Program-made: the position numbers and the translations under genes | Source: Vulcanimicrobiota bacterium | GTDB taxonomy: Bacteria > Vulcanimicrobiota > Vulcanimicrobiia > Vulcanimicrobiales > Vulcanimicrobiaceae | Direction: 5' to 3' | NCBI GenBank assembly: GCA_963812155.1 | Contig: CAWETW010000003.1 | Location: 736,001 to 800,000 of the forward strand | DNA: 64,000 nt | Notes under the pieces: model-generated | What the model was told of the DNA's origin: nothing | Database searches by the model: none | Seen by the model: the letters and a program-made list of their open reading frames with translations, nothing else | Shown here: in pieces, positions 49,293 to 59,454 of the stretch | Position numbering within the stretch: the first letter of the stretch is position 1 | How the letters are laid out: each line of letters begins with the position of its first letter

Positions 49293-49781
49293 TCAGCGGC
49301 CGAGCGCGCCGTCCTCGACGCGGATGCGCCACGTCAGCAGCGCGGCGTTGAGCAGCGTGAACGCAACGGCGATTGCGACCGCGCCGAAAGCCAGCGGCAG
49401 CACCGCGATTTCGGTGGCGACGATCGCATAGTTGGGATGGCGCAGAAAGCGGTATGGTCCGCGGCGCACCAGGGTCGTACCCGCAACGGTGACGACGCGC
49501 GTCGTCCAGTAGGGTCCGAGCGACGCAATGACCCACACGCGCGCCGCCTGAAGCAGAATGAAGACACCCAGGAGCCACCAATTCGGCGGCGTCTGCGGCG
49601 GAATCGTCACGGCCATCGCGACCAGCCACGCCGCGTGCAAGGCGACGATCAGCGGATAGTGCGAAGCGCCGGCCTCCACGCCGCCGCTCGCCAGCAGCCG
49701 GCGCTCGTTGCGGCGCGCGTAGACGAGTTCGAGGCTGCGCTGCACGGCCACGAGCAGCAGCACGATCCACAGAACGCTCAT
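49293..49781 (-). CDS. ICMT-family methyltransferase (BpsB/SrsB-like)
   Basis: QR..EL, LG.YWTTR, GPYRFLRHPNY and RI.VE motifs. Confidence 0.9.
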   Translation of the reverse strand: MSVLWIVLLLVAVQRSLELVYARRNERRLLASGGVEAGASHYPLIVALHAAWLVAMAVTIPPQTPPNWWLLGVFILLQAARVWVIASLGPYWTTRVVTVAGTTLVRRGPYRFLRHPNYAIVATEIAVLPLAFGAVAIAVAFTLLNAALLTWRIRVEDGALGR

Positions 49782-50827
49782 CGTTCGAGTAACGTGAAAC
49801 CCGCGGTGAAACCCGGACCGAGCGCCGTAAGCAAGGCGCGCTTCCACGGGGGCGCGTCTTTTGCGAACGCGCGCTCCAAAACGAACATGACCGTCGCGGC
49901 CGACATGTTGCCGAACTCGTAGAGCACTTCGCGCGCATCGGTAAGCGTTCCGGGCGCGAGTTCGAACGCCGTCTCGAGCGCGTCGACGACTTTGGCGCCG
50001 CCCGGATGGCAGACGAAACGATCGATGTCGCGCAGCGTGAGCCCGTGGTGCTCGAGAAAGGCGACCGTCACGTCGTGCAGATGTTTCGTCACGAGATTCG
50101 GAATGTCGCGCGAGAAGATGGCCTTGAGCCCCTCGCCGGTGACGTCCCAGCCCATGACGTCGAGACTGTCGGGCCAGGTGTACTCGCCGCCGTCGACCAC
50201 CGCGGTGCCTTCGCGTCCGCAGGCCAGCAGCGCGGCGGCGGCGCCGTCCCCGAAGAGCGCGGTCGCGACGATGTTGCTCTTGGTGAAGTCGTCGCGGCGG
50301 AACGAAAGCGCGCAGAGTTCGACGACGAGAAAGAGCACCAGTTCTTGCGGCATCGCCGCGGCCATGCTCGCGGCGCGAGCCAATCCGATCGTGCCGCCGG
50401 CGCATCCGAGCCCGAAGATCGGAAGCCTGCGCACGGTTCGGCGCAATCCCATGCGTTCCATCAGCAGCGCATCGAGGCTCGGAGTAGCGATGCCGGTCGT
50501 CGACACCGCGACGATCGCGCCGATTTCTTCTGGATCCCGCCCGGCCCGCTCGAGCGCCGTGCGGGTCGCTCGTTCGAGCAATGCAAGCGCGCTTTCCAAA
50601 TAAATTCCGTTTCGTTCCGGCCAATCGTGCGGGCGTTCGTACCACTCGATCGGCACGCACGAATAGCGCCGTCCGATGCCGGCGTTTCCGAACGTGGGCA
50701 AAAGTCGCACGATCTCGGGCGAACGCGGGCCGAGCGCCAGGCTGACCCGGCGCGCGACGTCGCCTTGATCGAGCCGGTACGGCGGAACGGCCGTGGCGAC
50801 GGAGAGGATGCGCGGTTCAGCGGTCAC
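49778..50827 (-). CDS. Type III polyketide synthase (BpsA/SrsA-like)
   Basis: Catalytic triad GLGC, HPGG, GNMS; ALFGDGA and GPGF motifs. Confidence 0.93.
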   Translation of the reverse strand: MTAEPRILSVATAVPPYRLDQGDVARRVSLALGPRSPEIVRLLPTFGNAGIGRRYSCVPIEWYERPHDWPERNGIYLESALALLERATRTALERAGRDPEEIGAIVAVSTTGIATPSLDALLMERMGLRRTVRRLPIFGLGCAGGTIGLARAASMAAAMPQELVLFLVVELCALSFRRDDFTKSNIVATALFGDGAAAALLACGREGTAVVDGGEYTWPDSLDVMGWDVTGEGLKAIFSRDIPNLVTKHLHDVTVAFLEHHGLTLRDIDRFVCHPGGAKVVDALETAFELAPGTLTDAREVLYEFGNMSAATVMFVLERAFAKDAPPWKRALLTALGPGFTAGFTLLER

Positions 50828-50905
50828 GGCCGAACCATTCGAGCCGTCCGAGCCGCGTCTTTCAGCAGGGTCCCTCCGGGTCGCATCCGTAAGCCCGTAT
50901 CTCCC

Positions 50906-53233
50906 GTGAAGTTCGTTTCTTTAGCCGCGGCGGCACTGGCCGCAGCGACGCTCGGCGCCGCGCCGCGTCCGGCACCGCTCATCGTCTACTCCGCTCCGGC
51001 CGGAAATCGTCCCGCCGGCGCGGATGCGATCGCGCCCGCCACGGCGATTCTTCCCAACGGACGCATCGCCTCGCCGGCCGGCCGCAGCATTTTCGTTGGA
51101 ACGAATCCGCTTGGCGTCGCGCTGACGCCGGACGGCCGATTTGCGGTCGTCAGCAACGGGGGGGGCGTGAGTGCGGCTCCGGCTGCGGCAAACGCTGCGG
51201 CTGGGCCGGTTCCGGGCTATTCGCTCGCGGTCGTCAACACCCAAACCATGAATCTCGTAAGCGTATATCACGATCCGTCGTCGGCATTTTTCAGGAGCGT
51301 GGCGGTGACGCGCGACCCGGCCGATCCATCGCGAACGATCGTGCTGGCGTCCGACGTCGCGCACGGCGCCGTGCGCGTCTTCGATCTCGATGCGAGCGGC
51401 ACGCTGCAACCCGAGGCGAACCCCATCTCGCTGGCCGCGTCGTCGCGGCACGCCTTCCCGGCAGGCATCGCAATCGCGGGAGGCGGCCGCACGGCCTACG
51501 TAGCCGACAGTTTCGGCAACGACGTGTCGCAAATCGACGTTGCATCGCGTTCGGTGCGGCGCACGGTGCCGGCCGGCGATTTTCCGCTCGACGTGGCCGC
51601 CGGCGGGGGCCGGGTTGCCGTGAGCGCCGGCGGCCTCTCGACGTACGCGGCGATCGACCCGCCGGTGCCGCAGCCGCGGTTCGTACCGCCGGCCTTCGAC
51701 CCGTTCAAGGCGTCCTCGCTCTTCGTTTTCGATGCGTCCGGCTCGGCGGCCGATCCCATGACCGTGCCGATGGATCCGGCTCCCGACGGCAATAAGAACG
51801 TCGGCGGCGCCGATCCCGGCGCGATTGCGATTCGCCGCGACGGAACGCTGGCGTACGTAGCGCTCGCGAACGTCGATCGCATTGCGGTCGTATCACTCGC
51901 CGGAACGCCGCGCGTGGTGCGCGGCCTGGATCTGCGTCTCTTTCCGGACGCGCCCTACGGCGCGCAACCCAGCGCCGTCGTGCTGAGCTCGGATCAGAAG
52001 CGACTCTACGTCGCATTGGCCGGACTCAATGCCGTTGCGGTGCTCGATGCGCGCGCGCCGTCGCGCTACCGGTACGGACTGATCCCGACGGGATGGTATC
52101 CCACGGCGATGGCGCTTTCGCCGAACGGCCGCTTTCTCTACGTCACCGGCGCAAAGGGCGTCGACGGTTGGGGCGTTTTGACGCGCATCGACCTCAAGCA
52201 CACGTCGCTGGTGAAAGCGACGATGAACACCCTGCGTTACAATCGCACGGCATCGGTGGCGAAGTTCAACGCGGTCGTGCCGCCGCTGCGGTCGGGGAAA
52301 CGCAGTACGGCAATCGATCGCGTCGTCTACGTCGCGATCGGGACGCAGACGTACGATGCGATGCTAGGCGACCTTCGGGACTCGACCGGAAGCGCGATCG
52401 GCAACGGCAATCCGGCGTACGCGCAATATCCGGAGAACGTGACGCCGAATCTCCACGCATTGGCGCGCACCTACGCGCTGGCCGACAACTTCTACGCCGC
52501 GGATCCCGACGCCGCCATCGCACGCCTCTTCGCAATCGGCGGCGACGCGTCGCTCTACACCCAACTCACCGCGCCGCTGCGCGCGTTGCGCGCGCCCTTC
52601 GATGGCGAGGGCAGCGACCCCGAAGACTACGCGCGTGCAGGCTATCTCTTCAACGCGTTCGCTCGTGCCGGGCTTTCGTTTCGCGACTACGGCGGCTTGT
52701 TGCAGATGTCGGGTTATGCGGGCGGACTCTATCATATGGACGTTCCCGCCCTGGCAGCGCTCGGCGGCAACGCCGATCCGAACTATACCGGCGATGCGGC
52801 GCACCGCGCACAAGAGTTCGTGCGCGACATGCAGCGCTACGCCGGCGAGGGGCAGATGCCGAGTTACACGTACGTGTGGCTGCCGGCTCCGAACGTTGCG
52901 GGTGCAGCCGCCGATGCCGATCGCGCGCTCGGAACGATCGTCGAATACCTTTCGAGCGCATCGAACTGGAGCTCGACGGCGATTTTCATCGTTCCCGAAA
53001 GCGTGGCCGGGGTCGACCACGTCAACGCGATGCGCAGCTACTGCGTCGTCGTTTCGCCGATCGCGCGAAAAGGGTACGTCGGGCACGCCCACCTTTCCGT
53101 TCCCAGCGTCGTGAAGACCGAAGAGGAAATTTTCGGCTTGCCTCCACTGGGCTTGAACGACTTGCTCGCCACCGACATGGCCGACTTCTTCACAGATGCG
53201 CCGGATCCGCAACCGTACCGTGCGATTCGGTAG
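50906..53233 (+). CDS. Secreted YncE beta-propeller fused to a phosphoesterase-like domain
   Basis: Signal peptide, IPTGWYP, TYD..LGD, TPNLHALA...LADNFY and DHV motifs. Confidence 0.8.
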   Translation: MKFVSLAAAALAAATLGAAPRPAPLIVYSAPAGNRPAGADAIAPATAILPNGRIASPAGRSIFVGTNPLGVALTPDGRFAVVSNGGGVSAAPAAANAAAGPVPGYSLAVVNTQTMNLVSVYHDPSSAFFRSVAVTRDPADPSRTIVLASDVAHGAVRVFDLDASGTLQPEANPISLAASSRHAFPAGIAIAGGGRTAYVADSFGNDVSQIDVASRSVRRTVPAGDFPLDVAAGGGRVAVSAGGLSTYAAIDPPVPQPRFVPPAFDPFKASSLFVFDASGSAADPMTVPMDPAPDGNKNVGGADPGAIAIRRDGTLAYVALANVDRIAVVSLAGTPRVVRGLDLRLFPDAPYGAQPSAVVLSSDQKRLYVALAGLNAVAVLDARAPSRYRYGLIPTGWYPTAMALSPNGRFLYVTGAKGVDGWGVLTRIDLKHTSLVKATMNTLRYNRTASVAKFNAVVPPLRSGKRSTAIDRVVYVAIGTQTYDAMLGDLRDSTGSAIGNGNPAYAQYPENVTPNLHALARTYALADNFYAADPDAAIARLFAIGGDASLYTQLTAPLRALRAPFDGEGSDPEDYARAGYLFNAFARAGLSFRDYGGLLQMSGYAGGLYHMDVPALAALGGNADPNYTGDAAHRAQEFVRDMQRYAGEGQMPSYTYVWLPAPNVAGAAADADRALGTIVEYLSSASNWSSTAIFIVPESVAGVDHVNAMRSYCVVVSPIARKGYVGHAHLSVPSVVKTEEEIFGLPPLGLNDLLATDMADFFTDAPDPQPYRAIR

Positions 53234-53304
53234 GAACACTCGGCAGACCGCCGGCGCGTCTGAAGGGCCGCCGCGTACCTCTCCCGGAATGGAGTCACGT
53301 ATAG

Positions 53305-54139
53305 ATGGCACACGGTAGCGTGCATTTCGGACCGCGGCTGGTCGGTTCGCCCACCGGACGATTGCGTACGGCGCTGCTGGTAGCGCCCAACGCGAGCATC
53401 GAACGCGCGCGCCCGTTGGCCGCCGAGCCCGGCACCGTCTTCGCGCGGGCCGTAGAACAGCATGCCGTCTTGCAAAAAACGCTGCGCTATTACGGCGTCG
53501 AGACCATCGTTCTCGATCCGCACGGGAACGATCCGTACGAAACATCCGCAGCGGACCGCGCCGTGGTCTTTGAGGACGGTGCAACCGTCATGCGTCCGTC
53601 GGCGATGGGACGGCGCGCCGAAGCGGATCGCATCGAAGCCGAGTTCGCGCGGCTCGACGTGCCGATCGCCGGACATATCGTCGCGCCGGGGCTGCTCGAC
53701 GGAACCGACGTGCTGCTGGCCGGTAAAACCGCATTCATTGGGCGCCGGCACGCGCGGCAACGAGCTCGGACGCAGCGGATTCGCACAAATCGCCCGCGCG
53801 CACGGCTACGCCGTCGCAGAGGTTGCTTTGGCACCCGACGTGCCTTCGTTGCGCGCGGTCGCGGGCGCGGTTTCGAGCGATACGATCGTGCTCGCCGCCG
53901 GCAAAGTCGATCCGGCGCCGTTCGCAGGCTTTAAAACGATCGTGCTGGAGCTTGGTGAAGAACTGGCCGCCGGCGTGCTCTGCCTTGACGACGGCCACGT
54001 GATCGCGGACATTCGATTCCGAACCGCGCTGCGGGCGATGCGCCGGGCGGGCATCGTAGTCGACGCGATCGATCTCTACGATTTCTACAAAATCGGCATT
54101 ACGCCATCGATGTTGGTCCTTGCCCTCAAACGCGATTGA
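53305..54139 (+). CDS. Amidinotransferase/DDAH-fold protein, degenerate active site, frameshift near 53741
   Basis: A..QH, RRAE, PGLLDGTDVL and G..TRGN..G pattern. Confidence 0.7.
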
Positions 54140-54158
54140 GGGAGCGGCCAACCGCGCG

Positions 54159-54888
54159 ATGCGGCTCGCCGTCCTTTCCGACATCCACGGCAATCTGATC
54201 GGTCTCGACGCGTGTTTGGCCGACCTGGATTCGCAGGGCGGCGCAGACGTCATCGTGGCCGCCGGCGATCTTTGCCTCGACGGGCCGAAGCCGAAAAAGG
54301 TGCTGCAGCGCCTCGAGCAACTGAAAGTCTCGTGCATTCGCGGAAATACCGACCGCTATCTCGCCGATCCGTCGAACGAAACGTTCGAACCGATCGAGGA
54401 GGCGCAACTCGCATGGACGCGCCAGGACCTCGGCGAGAAATGGGTCAACTGGCTCGGCGAGCTGCCGTTTGCGCTGCGCGTCGGTGACGACGACAATCAG
54501 CTGCTCATCGTGCATGCGAATCCTAGAACGGACGACGAACACCTCTGGCCGGATGCCGACGAAGCGACGCTCGAGCGGCTGATCGGCGACGAATCGCGCG
54601 ACGGCGATCGCGTTCGGCCACCTGCACCTTCCCTACGTGCGCATGTGGCGAGGCAAGCTGCTGGTCAACGTCGCCTCGGCCGGCCTCCCGAAGGACGGCG
54701 ATCCGCGCGCCTGCTACGCGATTTTTACCGAGCGCGACGGCGGCTGGCAGGTCAAGCACCGCCGCGTTCCTTTCGACGTGAAGAAAGTTGCAACCCAACT
54801 CGCCGATTGCGGGATTCCGGGTAGCGACGAACTCATCGCTACGCTGCGGCATCATCGGTACAAACGGTTAAAGTCGCACATTCCCTAA
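54159..54888 (+). CDS. Metallophosphoesterase, frameshift near 54596
   Basis: SDIHGN, GD, RGN and HA motifs; GHLH in the shifted frame. Confidence 0.85.
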
Positions 54889-55634
54889 TCGCAGATGCGG
54901 CACCGGTCGCGGGCGCACCGGCCATCGACGTTCGCGGCTTGGTCAAGCGCTACGGCGACTTCACGGCCGTCGACGACATCTCGCTGCGCGTCGAAGCGGG
55001 CGAGTTCTTTGGATTTCTCGGGCCCAACGGCGCCGGCAAGACGACGACGATCAATGCGATCGTCGGTCTCGCGCGCAGAAGCGCCGGCACGATATCCGAT
55101 TCTCGGACACGACAACGAGACGCAGTGGCGCGAGGCGCGCCGCTTCGTCGGCCTGTCGCCGCAGGAGTACAACTTCGACCGTTATCTCTCGATTCGCGAC
55201 GTGCTCATCTTACGCGGCCGGCTATTTCGGACTGCGCGGTCCGGACGTCAACGATCGCGCCGACATGCTGCTCGAGCGATTCGGGCTTACCTCGAAGGCC
55301 AAGGTCGAATACACGCGGCTCTCCGGCGGCAGAAGCGGCGCTTGACGCTGGCGCGCGCGCTGATCCATCGAGCCGAAGCTGCTGATTCTCGACGAGCCGA
55401 CCGCCGGCGTCGACGTCGAGTTGCGGCTCGAACTGTGGGACCTGCTGCGCGAGCTCAACGCCGACGGGCTGACGATCTTTCTGACGACGCACTATTTGGA
55501 AGAAGCCGAAGAACTCTGCAAACGGATCGCGATCATTCGCGCGGGCCGCATCGTCGCCGAGAAGCCGACGCACGAGCTCGTCGCCGACGGGTGCGTCGCT
55601 GCAAGACGTCTTTCTGGAGTTGACCCGCAGTTGA
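54888..55634 (+). CDS. ABC-2 ATP-binding protein, about 5 indels
   Basis: [27 protein letters not shown] and SLQDVF motifs spread over several frames; start unclear. Confidence 0.8.
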
Positions 55635-56403
55635 ACTCGGATCGCGCTCATCACGCTGACGCGGACGCTGATCAAGCGCGAGATGACCGCCTGAAGATCA
55701 TCAACCAGGTGATCTGGCCGCCGGTGATCACGACGCTGCTCTACGTGTTCGTCTTCGGGTTTGCGCTCGGCAGCCGGATTCAAACCGTGCAGGGCGTCAG
55801 CTACGCGCAGTTCCTGATTCCCGGGCTCATCATGCTGCAGGTCATCGACTCGTCGTACGGCGAGTGTTCGAGTTCGATCTTCCAAGGCGCGCTTCATGAA
55901 CTCGATTCAGGAGATGCTGATCGCGCCGATGTCGGCCTTGGAAATCGTCGCCGGCTACATGCTCGGCAGTCTCGCGCGCTCGCTGCTGATTGCGGGCTTG
56001 ATCACGCTCCTCGGTGTGGTGCTGGTGCGGGCCGTGCCCCAGGACTGGACGCTCTTTCTCGCCGTGATTTGCATCGTGTCCGATGCTCTTTTCGGCGCTC
56101 GGCCTTATCTTCGGACTGTTCGCGGAGAAGTTCGATCATATCGCGATTCTCACGACGTTCGTCATTACGCCGCTCACGTTGGTCGGCGGCGTCTTCACGT
56201 CGGCGACGATGCTGCCGCCAAACCTGCGCACGTTCGAACTCTTCAATCCGATTTTTTACACGATCGACGCGTTTCGCCGCAGTTACACCGGCGAAAGCTA
56301 CCTCGTCCCGGAACTCTCGGTGGCGGCGATCGTCGCACTGGCCGTGCTCGCCCTGGCCGTCGTGCTGCGGATGGTCGCATCGGGATATAAGTTGCGCACG
56401 TGA
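55631..56403 (+). CDS. ABC-2 permease (YadH-like), about 4 indels
   Basis: PPVITTLLY..VFG, Y.QFLIPGL and NPIFY.IDAFR motifs over several frames. Confidence 0.8.
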
Positions 56404-56413
56404 GGACGCGCGA

Positions 56414-56770
56414 GTGATCGCCGCGCTGACGCTGGCGGCGACGATGGCCGTGTCGACCCGCTTGAGGCTGGAGGCATGGACGGGCGGCAACGTTGCCACC
56501 GCGACCGCTACGGCGGTGAAGTATCGTCTGCACGTCTACGGCGCGCCCCATGCAAAACTCACGCTGCGAGCGGACGGGCTCGCGCCGGGATGGCTCGCGG
56601 CGTTCTGCACCGCGAGGTACTGCTCGCCCATGCGCGTCGACGTCACGCTTCCGGCGAAGGGCGAAGCGGTCTTCCAGTTCGAATTGATTCGAGAAGAGAC
56701 GAGTGCGCCCGCACGTACTGGCGGACGCATTACCAGCGGCGACGGCGCCGCCGTTTCGCTGCCGCCTTAA
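56414..56770 (+). CDS. Small secreted hypothetical protein
   Basis: Hydrophobic N-terminus; GW.AAFC...C motif; GAGGA RBS. Confidence 0.6.
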   Translation: MIAALTLAATMAVSTRLRLEAWTGGNVATATATAVKYRLHVYGAPHAKLTLRADGLAPGWLAAFCTARYCSPMRVDVTLPAKGEAVFQFELIREETSAPARTGGRITSGDGAAVSLPP

Positions 56771-57603
56771 AAGAAGGGGTTGTGCGCTTTTTCGAGCGCA
56801 ATCGTCGTCGGCGGCCCGTGCCCGGGCATTACGACGGTCTCGCCGGGCAGCGTGAAGAGTTTGCTGCGAACGCTGTTGAGAATGTCCGCGTACGTGCTGA
56901 CGTCGCCGACCGCGCCGCCGACGCTAGCCGCGAACAGCGTGTCGCCGGTGAAAACCGTGGATTTGAAGACGAAGGACGATGATCCGTCGGTGTGCCCCGG
57001 CGTATGCAGCATGCGAATGCGCACCTCGTCTCCGAAGGGTAAATCGTCGCCGTCTTTCACCGGCAGGGCCTTTGCGGCGAGCGAACCGATGGCGTGGGAA
57101 TCGAGGGCGTGCATGACGATCTTCGCCTGCGGGAAGGCTGCGGCGACGGCGCCGGTCGCGTCGCAATGATCGAGATGTTTGTGCGTGATGAGGATATACT
57201 CGAGATGGTAGTCGCCGTCGCGCAGTATGCGGAAGAGGTTCCCGGGAATGCCGGCGGGATCGACGAGCGCAGCGCGCCTTCCGCCCTCGAGAAAGAACAC
57301 ATATCCGTTGCTCGGGTGCGGCTTTTGGGGATGGTGGCGCACGTCGGGTAGCGAGATCGCCGGCGGCGTCCATCGCGAGAGCGCCGAGTCGGCGAACTTT
57401 CCGGGGTCGAGCTTGAGGATCGGAGCGATCGCGCGCGCCTGCGCTTCGGCGGCCGTACCCTCGTCCTTGGTCCACTGCGCGAGCGTCCGCGCATCGATGC
57501 CCGTAGCGGCCGCGAGCCGCGCCGCGTCGACGCCGTTGCCGAGCATTGCCTTGCGAAGCACGTCGCCGAAGGTGTCTTCCAACGGTATCGGTTGGGTTTC
57601 CAT
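56767..57603 (-). CDS. MBL-fold metallo-hydrolase with N-terminal HTH
   Basis: THKHLDH, TPGHT, GDTLF and PGHG motifs; XRE-like N-terminus. Confidence 0.88.
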   Translation of the reverse strand: METQPIPLEDTFGDVLRKAMLGNGVDAARLAAATGIDARTLAQWTKDEGTAAEAQARAIAPILKLDPGKFADSALSRWTPPAISLPDVRHHPQKPHPSNGYVFFLEGGRRAALVDPAGIPGNLFRILRDGDYHLEYILITHKHLDHCDATGAVAAAFPQAKIVMHALDSHAIGSLAAKALPVKDGDDLPFGDEVRIRMLHTPGHTDGSSSFVFKSTVFTGDTLFAASVGGAVGDVSTYADILNSVRSKLFTLPGETVVMPGHGPPTTIALEKAHNPFF

Positions 57604-57678
57604 ACGCGGCCGCTTCGACGTTGCGGCCGTGAGGTTCTTGCAACCGGAGCGCGCAGCGGTCCGGTCGAAGGCAGGAGC

Positions 57679-58614
57679 ATGGAACGCGTCGTCATCATCG
57701 GGTCCGGGCCGGCCGGACTTACCGCCGCCGTCTATGCGGCGCGGGCCAACCTTTCGCCGCTGGTCTTAGCGGGCGGCCTCTACGGCGGGCAGCTCATGCT
57801 GACGACCGAGGTTGAAAACTATCCCGGCTTCCCCGAGGGCATTCTGGGACCGGATCTGATGGAACGCTTCCGTCAGCAAGCCGAACGCTTCGGCGCGCGC
57901 ATCGAAAACATCGATGCGACGGCGGTCGATTTCTCCAAGACGCCGCTGGTCGTGCGCAGCGCGGACGCCGAGTACGAAACGAAGACGGTAATCGTTGCGA
58001 CCGGCGCGAGCGCGCGCTGGCTCGAGATCCCGGGCGAAGCGCGCTTGCGCGGGCGCGGCGTTTCGACCTGCGCGACCTGCGACGGCGCCTTCTTTCGCGA
58101 CAAGCACATCGTCGTGGTCGGAGGCGGCGACTCGGCGATGGAAGAGGCGCTCTTTCTCACGCGCTTCGGAAGGCGCGTCACGGTGATGCATCGCCGCGGC
58201 TCGCTGCGCGCCAGCAAAATTATGGCCGACCGGGCACACGCGCACGAGAAGATCGATTTCATGTGGCATACGGTCGTCGAAGAAGTACTCGGCGAGACGC
58301 ACGTGCGCGGGCTTCGCGTCCGCAACCTCATCGACGATAACGCTTTCGATTTCGATGCCGACGCGCTGTTCATCGCGATCGGCCATACGCCCAATACCGC
58401 GATTTTCGACGGGCAACTGGATCTCGACTCCGCCGGTTACATCATTTCGCCCGATGGCGTTTGCACGAACGTCGAAGGCGTCTTCGTCGCGGGCGACGTC
58501 AACGACGTGCGCTACAAGCAGGCCGTCACCGCCGCAGCGGCCGGCTGCCGCGCCGCGATGGACGCCGAGAAGCACCTCGAGGCGATGGAGTTCGCCGTCT
58601 CAGCCTCCGTTTAG
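57679..58614 (+). CDS. trxB: Thioredoxin-disulfide reductase
   Basis: GSGPAG, CATCD, GGGDSA and FVAGD motifs; AGGAG RBS. Confidence 0.96.
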   Translation: MERVVIIGSGPAGLTAAVYAARANLSPLVLAGGLYGGQLMLTTEVENYPGFPEGILGPDLMERFRQQAERFGARIENIDATAVDFSKTPLVVRSADAEYETKTVIVATGASARWLEIPGEARLRGRGVSTCATCDGAFFRDKHIVVVGGGDSAMEEALFLTRFGRRVTVMHRRGSLRASKIMADRAHAHEKIDFMWHTVVEEVLGETHVRGLRVRNLIDDNAFDFDADALFIAIGHTPNTAIFDGQLDLDSAGYIISPDGVCTNVEGVFVAGDVNDVRYKQAVTAAAAGCRAAMDAEKHLEAMEFAVSASV

Positions 58615-59454
58615 GATATTCTCGAGAGCGGCGTCGAGGTGTGGGTAGGCAAATGCGAATCCGCGCTCGGCGACGATGCGCTCGGGCAAAACGCGCTGCC
58701 CCGTCGTGACGACCGAAGCGCCCTCGCCGAGAACGAGTTTCAGGGCGAAGACCGGCGCGGGTAACGACGTTGGACGGTGCAGTACAGCGCCGAGCGCCTG
58801 GGTGAACTCGGCGTTGGTCACCGGATTGGGTGCGACTGCATTATACGGACCATCGCCTCCGTCGAGCACGGCGAGGTAGATTCCGCTGAGATCGTCGACG
58901 TGGATCCAGGAGTACCATTGACGTCCGGTCCCGACGATTCCACCGAGGCCGAGCCGGAACGGCGGCAGTATTTTTGCGAGCGCGCCGCCGTCGTTGCCCA
59001 GCGCGAGGCCCGTTCGCACCATTGCGGCGCGCATGCCGAGATCGCGCGCGCTTGCGGCTTGACGTTCCCAGGCATCGCAGACCTGCGCTAAAAAGTCCGC
59101 GCCGGGCGGATTCTCCTCGACGAACGTTTCCGTTTCGCTCGGGCCGTAGTAGCCGATCGCCGATGCCGAAACGTAGGTCTTCGGAGCGCGCGGCTCGACG
59201 CGCGACAGCGCGTCGAGAAAACGCCGCGGCAGATCGGTGCGGCTGTAGAGCATCGCACGTTTGGAAGCGTCGCTCCAGCGCTGTGCGACCGGCTCGCCGG
59301 CCAGATTGACGATCGCGTCGCATTCGGCGGCAACGGCGGCGGCCGCAACCGGGTCGCGCAGTGACGCGGCGGTGACGGTATCGCCGCGCGCCTGGAGCCG
59401 CGACTCGAGGTGACGCCCGACGAACCCGGAGGCGCCCAGAATGCAAACGTTCAC
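58600..59454 (-). CDS. TIGR01777 family epimerase/oxidoreductase
   Basis: GASGFVG, NLAG, SASAIGYYG and SWIH motifs. Confidence 0.9.
   Translation of the reverse strand: MNVCILGASGFVGRHLESRLQARGDTVTAASLRDPVAAAAVAAECDAIVNLAGEPVAQRWSDASKRAMLYSRTDLPRRFLDALSRVEPRAPKTYVSASAIGYYGPSETETFVEENPPGADFLAQVCDAWERQAASARDLGMRAAMVRTGLALGNDGGALAKILPPFRLGLGGIVGTGRQWYSWIHVDDLSGIYLAVLDGGDGPYNAVAPNPVTNAEFTQALGAVLHRPTSLPAPVFALKLVLGEGASVVTTGQRVLPERIVAERGFAFAYPHLDAALENILNGG

Noticed and set aside
50006..50905. N-terminal 300 aa of the 1075-aa ORF
   Set aside because: Antisense to the type III PKS; the signal peptide begins at GTG 50906
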